A program made the position numbers and the translations under genes. DNA of 50,413 nucleotides, the filler included, from Catajapyx aquilonaris (taxonomy: Eukaryota), in assembly GCA_000934665.2 (NCBI GenBank). It is 2 parts of 2 records of this genome, joined end to end, with 100 filler letters (N's around TTAATTAATTAA, not from the genome) between each part and the next. Parts side by side here need not be neighbours in the genome. Positions count along the whole stretch, not along the records: positions 1 to 30,900 come from JYFJ02006463.1; 1 more part is not named here. The stretch is one strand, 5' to 3'. The notes under the pieces are model-generated. The model was not told the origin of the DNA and did not search any database. It saw nothing but the letters and a program-made list of their open reading frames with translations. Each line of letters begins with the position of its first letter. The first letter of the stretch is position 1. Positions 14,045-30,900 of this stretch are shown here, in pieces.

Positions 14045-16394
14045 GGGCTTTTCCAACCACACACTTGTTGCTCTCTCAACAAAATCACCTCCCAACTCTC
14101 ATACAACTTCCCATCAAAATCAGGAGCGTGGACCGCTACTGGTAATGGATCTGGTCTTGTTGAAAGTGACTTGGGATTTGAGCAGAACACACGTGGTTTT
14201 TTTCTCGTTAAAGTTTAGTCGAAAAAAAATATTCCCATGATGAGAGGAAAATACGAGAGGCAACCCACATAAATTATATATGAAAGGCAGAGTTTGTGTG
14301 TTTGTCCAGGTTTGCCATGGCAACCGGTTTTCATAGCGACTGGCAGGTGACAGCATCCAATGACAACATTATCACGTAATAGTCGCGGCAACAGTTACGT
14401 AGTACCTAACAGCAGATTTTAATCCTTGAGGCTGAAATAAATTGGGGTCTAACAATAGGAGAGGTTTACGCGCGTGCTTTTTAATTTTAGCCATTCCCAA
14501 AACGGCAACAACCCGGTGCTAACACTTAGCATTCCTCGATTTATGAACCTCTATATAACAGCTCCCCCAACAGCTTCAAAAAAAAATGAACAGCCAAGTA
14601 TCACGCTCCATATAACTTGGTATGTAATCCTCCCAACATTTTTTGGCAACCTCAGTCCACTTGTCACCCAAACTCATTTTTAGCCCCCCTCCAGTCGGTT
14701 ACATCTACACAACGACATTGACCTGATATTCATAGAAAGAAGCCAAACTTAGATCGGATATGGCATTGTGTCAACAAAAAAGAAAAAGAAACAACGCAAC
14801 AGACATTTTTGGAGCAGGTTACACGCATTCTGATTGTTGACAGCTGTCCTTTAAATGTTAGCCGTTACTATTCGGGTGGTATGGCGTGATTATGAATTCT
14901 ACTCTACTGTACCATATATCCCTCACATAGATGGCGAACTACCGCCACTCTCAGGGTTCTACTTACTGTACTCGCAAATGTTCAAAGCAATGTGCAGTGT
15001 CTGTGAATACACCATTGTATGCACGCACAATGTAACATGTACAGTACTGCGCACCTGGATTTTCATTGGAATTTCTCTCTGCATAGGATTTCTGGAGTGC
15101 TCTTCTCTTTTGTAACCCCGACTCCAACAAACCCCCTGCTGCACTACTATACGTGTAACCAGCAGCACACAAGCTCAGTTCACAGCCACAGTATATATAC
15201 GTACTTGTGAGTACACGTATAGATATTCCAGGTCTCTGATGATGGTCAAAGTTCATGTTATGAAAGCCAGGAAATTATTTTAAAAACTGGGAAGCCTGGA
15301 AGTTGCAGCACTCTCAGTAGTCTGAAAGTGGGCTAGGTGTAGGTGGGACATACAAGAGTACCAACAAACTTTCTGCTTTATTATAGAGTATGTAAGATAT
15401 CAATTTATGTAGACTGAAACACATATTTGAGAACGCAAAAAAAATATGTAAAACAATCTTTTTGCATGTTATAGTATGTACCTCAAGTGTCGTTACATTT
15501 GTGGCAATAAATCGTCTTAAATCGATCAGACACGACTCGTTAGTCACAATAGGACGTCTTTTCTGAATCCGACGCTTTTTTTTGCCTGATGCGAATCTTA
15601 AATTGAAGACGAGCAGATGTGGCATAAAAAGTGCAATCACACAAGGACCTTTTGGTTGGAAAAAATTCGCATGGAAAAAAAATCGTTCAACATTTTTCGC
15701 AATAAAATTTGGGACGAGGATCGGTGGGAAATTCGAGTCGTGCAGACGTTTATATGTTCGGACAGTTTATATTTCAGAATCTTCATGTATAGAAAGAAAA
15801 AAAAATGAGTGCGACGTCTGAAGCATCTCTGAAGCCTTTCACTCCTTTTCACAGAAAACTCGCATCTTTCCAGTAATGGGAAAAAGTTTCACATGAGGTG
15901 ATGAGGTGGTGCACAATGCTTTTGCCATTATAACTTTTCAGGGTTTAAAGGTGAGAGGTAAACGGCATCATGTGACCCCCCTGGTTGAGGCAAGGCTTTT
16001 CCAATCTGCCTAATATTTTCGGTGTGCAAAAACAGCTCTTTGTGCAAATCCCGGATCATAAAAGCTTAAATGTGTAACCAGGGCTGCAGTACACCAGACC
16101 TGTATTTACACCCCCTGGAGGCGGACGACTGTACGTACCACATATAAGCAACGTTGTAATAGCAAATTGGACACATAAAATGTGGCAGTAAAAAAAGAGA
16201 GAGTTCTCTCGACAAGACTCTATACCAAATTTTGCTTCAGGGCCATGGTGTCCATTATAATGAAAATAATTTATATTTATGCAGATCATGATCATGATGA
16301 ATCAAAACGTAACATGTCCATTGGGATGTTAAAAATATTTTTCTGGACTGTGAGCGATAGAAAAAAAATGCATGCCAATTTTTTTTCACGGTTC

Positions 16395-17305
16395 AATAGA
16401 ACCCTCTTGTACACCCCGAAAATTAATTACATATTCAAATTGATAATTAATTGATTCAATCCGCATTTCAAACAAAAGGTCAGTAACAGATTTATGTAAG
16501 TAGTTTTGAGAAATTCTGTCTTCGTGGTATAGAAATTTTTTTCCTTCGATTTCTTAGAATTGAACAGATTCCTCTAACGCTCTAAAAATCCTAACATGTT
16601 GAAATTAATAATAATTAATTAACAAATCCACACGAGTCAGCAACAGATTTATGGGTCTGAGGCTCTATAATTATTTTTCATGACTCAGTGCTACAGAAAA
16701 AACCTTGCCAATTTTTAAAGGATTGAATAGTCCTCGCATACACTATCAAAAATTAATGGCATATTCAAATTAGTAAGTAATTAATTAATCCACATTTCAA
16801 TAAAGGGTCAATAACAGATTTACGGTATACACGTAGTTTTGAGGCCTTTAAAAATATTTTTCCAGACTCACAGTCAGTGCTAAAGAATTTTTTTTGACTA
16901 TTTCTTAGAGTTGAATCGAGTCCCGTTATACACTATTAAAATTAATTACGTCTTCAAATTAATGTGAATTAGTTGATCCACATTTCAAACAATGAGTCAA
17001 TAATAGCTATAGATTTACACCAAGCAGTTTTGAGGCGTTAAAATATTTTTTCCCCCTGGCTCAGTGCTAGAGATTTTTTTGGGCGATTTTAATGGTTGAA
17101 TAGAGTCCTGATACACACAATTAATAATTAATTACACTTTCAAATTCACAATAAATTAATTAAACCGATAGTTTTTAGGCTTTGAAATTATTTTTCTTGA
17201 CTCAGTGCTAGAGAAAATATTTGGCAATTTCTTAGCGTCAAATGCACTATACATTATCAAAAATTAATTACGTATCCAAATCAATAGTTAATTAATTAAT
17301 CCACA
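16395..17305. repeat. AT-rich degenerate tandem repeat, ~5 units of ~150-190 bp
   Basis: Recurring AAAATTAATTAC...TTCAAATT...AATCCACATTTCAA...AACAGATTTA...GTTTTGAGGC...CTCAGTGCTA blocks. Confidence 0.75.
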
Positions 17306-18246
17306 GTCGCGGTCCGTTTTGACTCCACCCTACCCCCCATGTCACTCACGGTCACTCTCTAAGACTTGTTCCTTACAACGTCGGCTGATCCAGATCCAAA
17401 ATTTTGACTGCCAAAGTTTCTGAAACACTTCCCCCGTTAAGAGTAGACCTGTTAGCAAAATGGGATAAGCCCTCGGTTTTCATAATTTAATTAGCCCCGT
17501 TCAATCTTGATCACACTCCTCTATATATAGGCCTATAAAATACAGGGTGATGCACTGATTTTCAAAGGAGATAAACAGGGTGTTTCCCAAAAAAATGTCA
17601 TTAAAAAAAAAAGGACTGGTGCACTTTGGCTTTTAACTCTCATCGTCAGAAAACGCTCCGGAAATCGATCGCTTTTACTCTCCCTGAGGCCATTTGTAGG
17701 TTTCAATCTGGGACTAAATTAACCGTAAATAACTCAAACAACCCCGGGAGCGGATTGGTGCCTTGATATAATACAACCAATTTCTCCGACTCGCCTTATG
17801 ATATGCCCTTGTATAACCGGAGTGTATATAACCGTAAATCTGGACCAATCACTTGCAGGTTTATGCCCGGATTTATCAGGGCTTGGTAAATGACTGGGGA
17901 TTAAACCAAGAGAGGTCTGGATTGACGCAACGTCGGAAATGGTTCAGATTTAAGATAATCTTCATGCGAATCGCCTTAATATTGATAGCTGTTACATTCC
18001 AACAGTTAATTGGCGAAGAAATATTAATTTGTGGGGTAATTCTAGAGACTTTCAAAAACCGCAAGAAAAAACTGAGTATAAAAAGCATTAGAAAAATCCC
18101 TCGCTTCGCTTCCATTTTTTTTCTAGGAAACTCAGGAATAGAGAAATGGAGAGAAGCGAAGGTTTTTCTAGTGCTTTTTATACTACAGTAGTTGAATAAC
18201 TATGATAGTGAACCAGTTGCTGAACCTTGGCAACACTGCCGGGCTC

Positions 18247-18348
18247 GGACGTAGTACAATATGTGACTACCAGATGGCGCACACTATCTGCACACTACTG
18301 CCCTCTCAGAGTGGAAGTAGTACTAAATGCACATTGGTGATGAGTCAC
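18247..18348 (+). repeat. Dispersed ~100-bp repeat family, copy 1 (others at 26444-26573 on + and 29375-29461 on -)
   Basis: Shared GGACGTAGTAC, CTACCAG(A/T)TG(G/T)CGCACA, TCTGCACACTA and TGCAC(A/G)TTGGTGATGAGTCAC blocks. Confidence 0.7.
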
Positions 18349-21300
18349 TGTAGACAAAGTTTCGTCTAGTTCTATTAAATTCCATAATTTTCATATATTT
18401 GGCTTAAAATGTATTTTTAGGCTTTTTGTTCAAAAAAAAATTCCCAGTTGACATGTAAGTTTTTTTTTTGACCAGATAATTGAACTATATTTTGTGACTC
18501 CACCAGTATATTGTTGCATTTTCCCACAGGTCCTGTCTATTACGTCTATTTGTTTTTGCGCAAACCCAGCTTCACGGTAGGTTAACTCCTATTCATGGTC
18601 CCCTTGTTCATCGAAACATTGATGCTAATTAACTATGTCACACCCAGAGCTTTGTAAGCCTCGAATATTTCACACCGTGACAAAAAAAAATATATATTGA
18701 CTAACTTGACCTTTTTTTTGTCTAAAAGTTGTTATCATATCGTTTTATCCTACTTTTATACAATCGGTTTTGCGAAAACAGGCGACGGAAGGAATATTCG
18801 ATTCTGCAAAAATCTTCCAACGAGAAAGCCCCAATTTTGAAGATGCAAAATAGTCAGATGGAGAAAGACTTTAAAAAAAAACGGTTTTTCTTTCGCATGG
18901 AAGAAAACCTAATTTGGTCTTTCACTTGCACCGGATTCTTAACAGGATGTGTCAAGGGCAGCCATTTTTTTTGCCAGTCGTCTTCTGAAAATGATATTAT
19001 GAAGAAGGCAAGATAATTGTAGAGTCTGACATGCGCATCTTTGTAATCCGGTTAGGATTAGAACCAGGATAAAAAATGGAGATCAGGGAAGGCATTTTTT
19101 TATATAGTGGAAGGAATTTTTTGCGAAGAATTTCGAGCATACTTGGGGGCTGCTGATTAAAAACAGAGTAATTAGTACTTGCTACGTAAGTAATTAATAA
19201 TAACCGGAGTTAAGTGCTTGAATTTTCAGAGTGTGTGTTCAGGTACAGGATGATTTCACACTAATTGAAGTGTCTACAGAAAAGCCTTGTATGTTGACTC
19301 ACATGCACACATGCAATTATTACTCTGTATTTATACAGTACAACAGTACTTACAGTTAGTGTGCAGAATTATTCATGCTGACTACGCTGCTTAGTAATGT
19401 TGAAAAAAAAATATCCTGCACATATGATACATACTGTACTGTATAGGCGTATTTATAATGCTCAAATACATATATAAGAGACGATTTTCAGGATTTTGAG
19501 CGATATACGAGCATAGGCTACATACATACATACATAAACATACAGCCTAATAATGTATGTCTTCATCCGACTCGCATTGCACACATTGTTCCCCCCCCCC
19601 CACCCCCGCAATAATTATGCAATGAGACTGAAGTTAATACGCCGGCTTCACTAACCAATTTGTTCTGCCTCTTGAATACATGTAAATAATATCACCCACC
19701 CCCCCTCCCCCCTCCGTAATAATTTATGCATGCTACCATCGAAAATGATCCTCTCTAGAATATTCTAATAATTGCAGTTTCAGAAAGTTCCTATATACGC
19801 AGCAGACAGAATTACGAGTAATATAATCCTATTTTCGGGTCTGGGTAATTACATGAAATAATAATTTTTTTCATCAGGAAAGGGTAACTCTATTTAATAG
19901 CATAGAATCTGTGTAATAACATAACGAACGTACAATTAAAGTTACATAAGCACGAAATAAGTTTAGTGTTAATTTAATTTTGAAACCAACCGGGCTACAT
20001 CTCTAAATAAATTGGATTGCAGCTCACTGCCATGCAGAGCTTGATCTGTAATCTTCTATATAATATGTATAAAGGGCAAAGTTCGTTCGTTCGTTAGTTT
20101 GCTTGTTTGTCCGTGTTTGGGCCCCACACGGCAATAAAATAGGTATGAAAAGATCGTGTTGCACTGCTATAGTCTGACATAAAAATTAATACTTTTGATA
20201 ATTCCTTTTTCGGCTTAAACTTCGCTCGTTTGCTAATATTTTTTTGCAAATAATATTCTCATAAGACGCCGGTTATTGATTAACCTGCGGTTTAAGCTAA
20301 TAATAGCTCCAATTGCGAAAATGCTCTCCGCCAACTCCCAGAACCTTCTACAGGCTGAAAACTAATATTAAAATAGATTCCACTCCAAATTATCTGGATA
20401 AATGAGCCGATCATCTAAGGATAATTGATGGTGTGGCAGATCCTTTTCTGTGAAAATCAGGTGATGAGAAGGTAAAATATATATATATATAAAGAGTGGT
20501 GGTGGTGGTGGAAAGCTGGGTAATCAACTTAATTACCGGGCCTTTCAGGCAAGTTGAAAGCATTGCGGAAGAGAGGGCGGAATTGATCGCGGCATGATCC
20601 CCAGTTGCGAAGCTTTGTACTTCTCCATCCCCCACCCCCAGAAACTCCGGGTATAGGAAAAAGCCTCTTTCCCTCTCCAACCCCACCGTATAACCCTTTC
20701 CTATAAAGAGGAACAAGATTAGTCCCTTTGGGTTAGGCTCCTCCTGCTGTTGCGTTCTAGTGACAGGTCGTGTCACGGCTGGAAGTGAAACCAAAGACTG
20801 GTTAGAAAATGTTTAGTACGCAGGGTGATGAAGAGTTGGGACATACTCTTACGACGAGTCCGTTGGAGCCGCAGAGAGATGCATTGTTTGGTGTCCGCCC
20901 ATACATTACAAAGATAATCAAATTAAATTACGGGCACAAGCACATGAAATGAAAATAATAATTACCGACAGCATGATGGAGCATGTCACACATTATTCCG
21001 GTTCATCACCGAATCGTAAGAGACAAAATGGGCTGAAATGTTTATATTTGCAAAATGCATAAAAATACATTCTCTTTCCATACCGACACTTCTCTCAATC
21101 TGCATAATTATTGCAGTATGTCTTCACATCCAGCTTATGAAATGTACGGAGGGTGAAAGCACACTTTTATTATTATTTTTTTATACATGTGATGCAAAAT
21201 ATGTTCACTTTGAATGAGCCTCGGCTGCTGCGGAAGCACTTAACCTGAACACTTGAGCGCTAATTGGACCACTTTGATTTTCAGGGGGCAGTAATAAATG

Positions 21301-22289
21301 GCACACATAAATATGGAATGTCAGTTGATATATCGGCATACAGGTAACTCGCAACTTGGGAAACGCAACTTTTTACAATCTTCCAACGTCGATAAACTAT
21401 GCACATATTAAATCCAGAAAATTTTATAACCTAGTTTTTGCAAGGGAATCAAGATGTTAAAAAGTGACAATGTAAAATAACAAAAATATGTATCTGATAA
21501 CAAGCATTTCGTCAACACTTCAAACACTGGAAAATTCGGCTTTTGCCAAGAGTCGCTGGAAACAATCAAGTGCTCACATGGCATAATTTTGTACACAAAG
21601 TAATTTAAACACCCACATGTAATTGTAAGGATACACCGTGTTTCCCAATTTAGCACACATCCGCAGAAATGTTGATTAGCCCGAAAGTCCTGCCGATGCT
21701 AAATCCCAAAACACATGGTATTAAATTGACTGCTCACAAGTCGCATGTTACCTGTTTGCGGTTTTCCCCTGCTGTTTATGTGCGAAAGAATGTGTAGTGA
21801 GGTCATTTTGTTCAGACTTGATTCTGCTCAAAATCACGTACAAACGTGCCTCATTGCAGCACGACTTCATATCAAAACGAACTAAAAAGTGCTTGTAATA
21901 TACTGCGAACAAACCCAGCAATTAAAAATGCTGGTCGACTAACTCAAACAGACAGTATTCACATTCAGGGATCAGTTCGTTTTAAAATATTACAATATTT
22001 ATGGCACTTGTCCTTACCCTTACAATTAATAAAAAGACAATTTATGTAGTATGATTACATATGACAAACAGTAAAATATTGGGGGACGAAATAAAAGCAA
22101 ACATACAAATAATTAGCACTGTGACCTCACAATCTTAAATCTGCGCCAAATACTCATCTAATCAGTGTATAAAAAATTAAGCCATTGAGATCATTGCATT
22201 TAATATTTCTCTGCACAACATCAATTCATTAACCAAAATTTACTGATTAAACTTAATTCTGAACATTTCACTCGATTTCAATGGCAGTT

Positions 22290-25887
<3,598 letters not shown>

Positions 25888-25965
25888 GGCTCTCTCTCTC
25901 TCTCTGTTCGAAATAAAGAGGGGATTCCAATCATGAGCTCATTAAAGATGATCAGTATGACTCAC

Positions 25966-26075
25966 CGTGTAGTTTTGATTGGTAGTGGTCAGCAGCAGTG
26001 TGCCGGTGTCATGCCCGATCGACGGAGCAATAATAATTAAGGGACGGAGAGGCAAGTGATGAAGTGTAATGAGTG
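25966..26075 (-). other. Probable non-coding 5'UTR exon of Pak3
   Basis: Donor ACG|GTGAGT at 25965 and acceptor CAG at 25906-25904 define a 62-nt intron, similar in size to the other small introns. Inr-like TCATT near 26070. The upstream boundary is uncertain. Confidence 0.45.
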
Positions 26076-26514
26076 CGTAGGAGTGGCACACACACTCCCC
26101 TCCCCTCCACCGCCCCTGCCCCTCCTCTGGCAGTGGTAATTGTTATCTTTTTTCCTGTGCACTTGTGTGACAAGAGTTGAGAAAGTTTTTTTTTTTTTTT
26201 TTTTTTTTTTGCAATTATCCCGAAGAGGGTTGGCACTCTTGCTCACAGGTGGCGCCACTGGGAAGGGAGCTTCAATGATGGAAAATTGTGCTGCGAAGAT
26301 TGGGCGATAGATGGCAGGTGGAGGCACAATCGGGCATTTATATTGGGAGGGAATATTCGAATGTTTAGCATAATTAATAATTATTATTTCATTTATTTAT
26401 TGAACTAGCAGAGCGGACCCCGTTGTCAAATTTTGGCCGACTTGGACGTAGTACGATAGGCTACTACCAGTTGTCGCACAGGCTCTCCCTCTGCACACTA
26501 TACTGCCGTGCTCA

Positions 26515-26568
26515 CATGCACGTTGGTGATGACATGCACGTTGGTGATGACATGCACGTTGGTGATGA
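26515..26568 (+). repeat. 18-bp unit CATGCACGTTGGTGATGA x3 within dispersed repeat copy 2
   Basis: Three exact tandem copies. Confidence 0.9.
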
Positions 26569-27720
26569 GTCACCGAGCGGACAATGCCCACCATCGCGTC
26601 TCACCCCTCCATTGAAGTGGCGTCCCACCTTTTCCGACCACAAAGAGGAGAGGAATATATTAGAACAATTAGAAGCATACAGATAAGGATAAATTCTTAT
26701 AAATTTTGTTGATTTGTGAATATTTATATTAAATTTGACTTTTCATAGAAAAATAATTTAACCCTCACCCTTAATAGCCCAGGCATTTTAGGATTTGACC
26801 CGGTAAAAAAAATAATGTACATCTGAAAATTGCAGGAAATGTTCTGTTTAAGTGTGCTGAACAACATACTAAAAGTCCTAAGAGCTCCTATGTCGGCGTC
26901 ATGTTTTTTTTTTTTTTCGGCGCTAGAAGTACATAAGTGACACTCGCCGTGGAATTGGCTATAAAAGCAAAACTGATGCTCCTCCGATAATTTTGTTCGG
27001 TTTACTCTTAGAATCTCTTTGAAACTGTAGCTTCCAGTTCTGGCCTCTAGTAGACTTTCCCTATGTGGTAGTGGTCTGCGGCAATTCACATTCTCTCGAA
27101 AATAACGACATATAGCCTAATTATTATTAATCATTCCCCCACAAACGTGGTAATGAAAATAAGTAAATAATAAATAATGCATAAATGTTATAAATATGAA
27201 TTTGGCAGTACATCTTATTAAAATAATTTGCAATTCCCTCTGGCTCATTCCTGTTCAATATCTCAGTATCACAGCATGGGTCCTGTACTGACTACAGTTT
27301 AAGACACGAAGGCTCTGTCCTAACTATGTACTGGTTAATGCCGCATGTACTAGATTTGGAATCAGGGCATACTTGGTACATGAATTATCACAGTGATGCC
27401 ATAATATATCAGCTGGTTTCCACCTTGGCATCCTTACAGTTACATGTCAACCAAAAGGCGCAGGCAGTTCACCGCAACACGAGCATATATGACAGGTGGT
27501 GTTAAAAGTAGAAAATCAATGCAGCCCAAATTACTTTTCCCACCCCCCCACATTTCCCTGCCTGCCTTCAATTAAACCACCCCCTCGTCTGCACGTCTCC
27601 CTTGGAAACCCCCCCACCATAGGTCTCTGAATAAAAGGCTCTGCCCCCCTCCTTCGTCTCCTTCTTCTTCTTCTTGGGAGATGTTGGTGGTTGGTGGTGG
27701 GGTGGGCAGCGGACACTCAC

Positions 27721-27930
27721 CGGGTCAACACGTTGCCACATTTTCTACCTTCCTTTTCTTGCTTCCACTCTCACCTGAAGGGCAGGTGAAATTGGCGTCA
27801 TAGGATTTTCTCCCCCTCCTCGTCTCTTCAGATTCGGTCCCTCCTCGCTCCTCGACCACTTTCTTCGACGTCTTGCAAGGCAGCGGACGACTCCTTTCCT
27901 TGCTATGGATCTCAACAGGTACGTCACATT
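27721..27930 (-). promoter_or_regulatory. Possible alternative Pak3 first exon/promoter in the divergent Pak3-GT92 interval
   Basis: GC/CpG-richer, purine-rich minus-strand segment ending in a strong donor CCG|GTGAGT (27720), with a second donor CAG|GTGAGA near 27775. No ORF support. Confidence 0.3.
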
Positions 27931-28190
27931 CTTTGTTATACAAAAAGTTTGTGATTGCCATTTTTATAACATACCGCGTACTTGCGAATATCTTGGCAAA
28001 AAAGGTATGCGGTACTTGTCATGCTTCATGACGCACGACGTCATGCACCGGCTGGCTGATCATAACCTTCTCCGGGTGGAAATTAAACTGCTGATAATAA
28101 TGGTGGAGGTGTATGCACGGTAGCCGGATATGCCTACTGATTTCAGCAGGTACATTGCAAATTACCCTCCAACAAGTAGTGTCTCTTCGG

Positions 28191-28286
28191 GAGGCTAATT
28201 TGAGCTTCAGGTCTGCTACCTTACTCCTTGACTGTACAGTCACGGAAATGAGTAACGTATCACACCTGAAGCTCAAATGAGCTAGC
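28191..28286. mobile_element. ~95-bp hairpin MITE; an interrupted second copy lies at 29338-29520
   Basis: TTTGAGCTTCAGGTCTGCTACCTTACTC / GAGTAACGTATCACACCTGAAGCTCAAA arms; the same arms recur in the GT92 intron. Confidence 0.65.
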
Positions 28287-28305
28287 TTCCATGAAAGTCC
28301 ATGAG

Positions 28306-28564
28306 ATCCTCGAGAAGCGCGCATCGACATTTATGAGGATAAACCGTGCCTGGCAGGGCCACTGAGGAGTGCATCGAAAGAGCGAGAGCTCCGCGGCGGC
28401 CCTGCCAGGCATGGTTCATCTTCATAAATCCTCGAGGAGCCCACATCGACATTTATGAAGATGCAACCTTGCCTGGCAGGGCCGCCGCGGAGCTCGCTCT
28501 TTCGATGCACTCCTCGGTGGCCCTGCCAGGCACAGTGGCATCTTCATAAATGTCGATTGTGGGC
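28306..28564. repeat. Two adjacent copies of a ~120-bp hairpin element in opposite orientation (double hairpin)
   Basis: ATCGACATTTATGA(G/A)GAT at 28323 and 28445; TGCCTGGCAGGGCC/GGCCCTGCCAGGCA occurs four times; the core of copy 2 is the reverse complement of the core of copy 1. Confidence 0.8.
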
Positions 28565-28677
28565 GGTTAAGGTCTGTTACCTTAATAACTTCCTCGACAC
28601 GTTCGATTTCTCCGAGATTTCTCTGTGTCAGCAATGATTAATTTCTCTCGCTTTTCATTAAAGGTAACGACCCTTCA

Positions 28678-30900
28678 ATGTGTGCGAACATGGCCCAGCT
28701 GAAGACCATCTTGGCCCTTCTTCTGGTCCTGACCCTGGCCTTCTGCCTCTTCCTGGTGGCCATGGAGAAGACGGTGTCCTCCGTGTCCCGGTTCCCAGGA
28801 AGACCGTCTGGGAGGTACCGAGTCATCAGACAGCAAGCACCGGACAAGCCCCAGCACGCACTGTCCCGATCCAAATCCTTCCCGTCCTTCTCGGACATCC
28901 TCACCGTCCACTTCGGCCCATTTAACACCACTTGTCCAGACACCAGGAGACCACCGGACTCGGACATCGTCTGGAGTAACATGTACTGGCAGGTTGCAGG
29001 GTCTGTGTTCTTGTACTCGGCTTACTACGATGCCAGGATCACTCACAAGGGAAGACCGTACCGGTACGTCCGCGTTGTAGGCATGGTCCGTGCACCATCG
29101 TGGCCTGCGTCCTCTTCAACAGTCATTTACTGCCAGATGTGGTTTCCGGACAGGAAGAGTCCGGTGGTCGTCCGGGCTTTTGTGGACGATATCTGGGTGC
29201 GACAGTGGGATTACAGCCCACAGGTCAGTCCGCATGACCCCAACATTAGGCGTGTAGCATCATTAGCAAAAGGACAATCAGTAAGGTCAAATTAGCCTCC
29301 AATAAAGGCTATCCACCCTCCTCTTCACTACTTTATAGAGGCTAATTTGAGCTTCAGGTCCGCTACCTTATGGTGTGAGTCATCACCAACGTGCATGTAG
29401 TACGACTTCCATCCGCAGAGTGACAGCATATAGTGTGCAGAGAGGGTGGATGCGCCATCTATGAGCAAACGAATGCCCTCTGTACAGTCGCGGAAAAGAG
29501 TAAGGTAGCAGACCTGAAACATGCGCCTGATGACTCACCGCGGACAAACAAAGGCACAGATTTCACACGCCGTTCATTTATTTTTAGCGCAACGGTCGCC
29601 ATTTCTTTAAATAGATGAGCTGACATCTGTGATATACGTGTGTGTCCTTTTGCTCGGATGCTCCACAAATTCTTCTCCGTTCTCCATTCACTGCATGGGG
29701 GTCATTGGACTTTATTGTCTTGCCAATCTTTTCTTATTTATTTTTTTTCTTCTTCGTGTTCCGTGGCATACCAAGCCAATGGTCGTAACGATCGCGAGGA
29801 AAAGGTGAACCAGACACGCGACATCATCGACCAAACAATGATGAGTGGATTGGGGGGGTTTTTTCCAATAGGGCAAGGTACAAGAGGGTGACATCGAAGA
29901 GAGTACAGGATGATACTAAAACATGAACTTGAAAATATAATAATAATATAATATGTATAATATCAGTATTAGAATTTGAAATTGTTTGCAGATATGCCTG
30001 ATGTCCTCTATGTGGGAAGTTTCTTGAAGAAAATTTGTTAAAATATATAAATATAATACAAAAATAATTCAGGCTAGGGTTAATGTAATCAAATTATTTA
30101 AAATATTTTTATCCGGTTTGAACACACCGCTAGTTCAACGCCGTGGAGATAGCCTTCTTCCCTGCTTCCTTTCTTTCCCGCAACTATTAAACCAAACGTA
30201 AATAGTGCAAAGTGTTCATACCATTTGTTTCATTAAAGGTTGAGAAGTACCAGCCAGTACTTCTCCACTGCCCAGTTCCCGTTAAGATCAGCGAGCAACG
30301 ACTGATTCCGACTCAGGTCAGCATAACCACAACACAGTGTGGGCAGCCTACAACGTTCCTGCCCGTGCGGACAGTAGGATACTTGGACACTCTCCGCAAT
30401 AATGATACAAGGAACTTTGCTGTGTGCGTGAAAGGGTTCAACTTCGCTCAAGATATAACGAGGCGGCTGGCCGAATGGATGGAACTCAACTTTCTGCTGG
30501 GAGCATCCAAAGTGTTTGTGTACATATTCGATGCACATCCGAATGTGTTTAGACTCTTGCGCTACTACGAGTCGATAGGACTTGTCCACATAACGCCAAT
30601 CACGTTACCTGGGGACCAACCAAATGCGCCTGGAGAAAGGACTCAGTACCTTAGAGAACATGTGTGGCAGAAGAGAAGGGACGAACTAGTGCCATACAAC
30701 GACTGCTTCTATCGCAACTTGTACCGCTTCAAGTACGTGGTGCCGTTGGATATAGACGAGGTTATAGTGCCAAGTGCTGGCACTTGGGAGGAAATGTTTA
30801 AGACAATACAAGCGCATACGTCGTCACTCTCGGTGCGTAACGTGTTCTTCTTCCGGACCGACTCCACAGACTTGCACTTATTACGGGAGACATCCCGTAG
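28678..30900 (+). CDS. Glycosyltransferase family 92 / DUF23 protein (galt-1-like), type II membrane protein, 3'-truncated by the assembly gap
   Basis: Exon 1 28678-29223 (N-terminal TM anchor ILALLLVLTLAFCLFLVAM, FLYSAYYDAR, YCQMWF; donor CAG|GTCAGT). Exon 2 from 30239 (AAG|GTT) to the gap, with FAVCVKG, LAEWMELNFLLGASKVFVY, YNDCFYRN and the DxD motif LDIDEVIVP. Phase-0 join. The start could be ATG 28678 or 28690. Confidence 0.85.

Noticed and set aside
13741..14240. Overlapping 77-149 aa ORFs
   Set aside because: Kept open by the (CT)n microsatellite; no homology or splice support.
26515..26568. 18-bp direct repeats as a mini CRISPR array or coding repeat
   Set aside because: No spacers; simple slippage inside a dispersed repeat.
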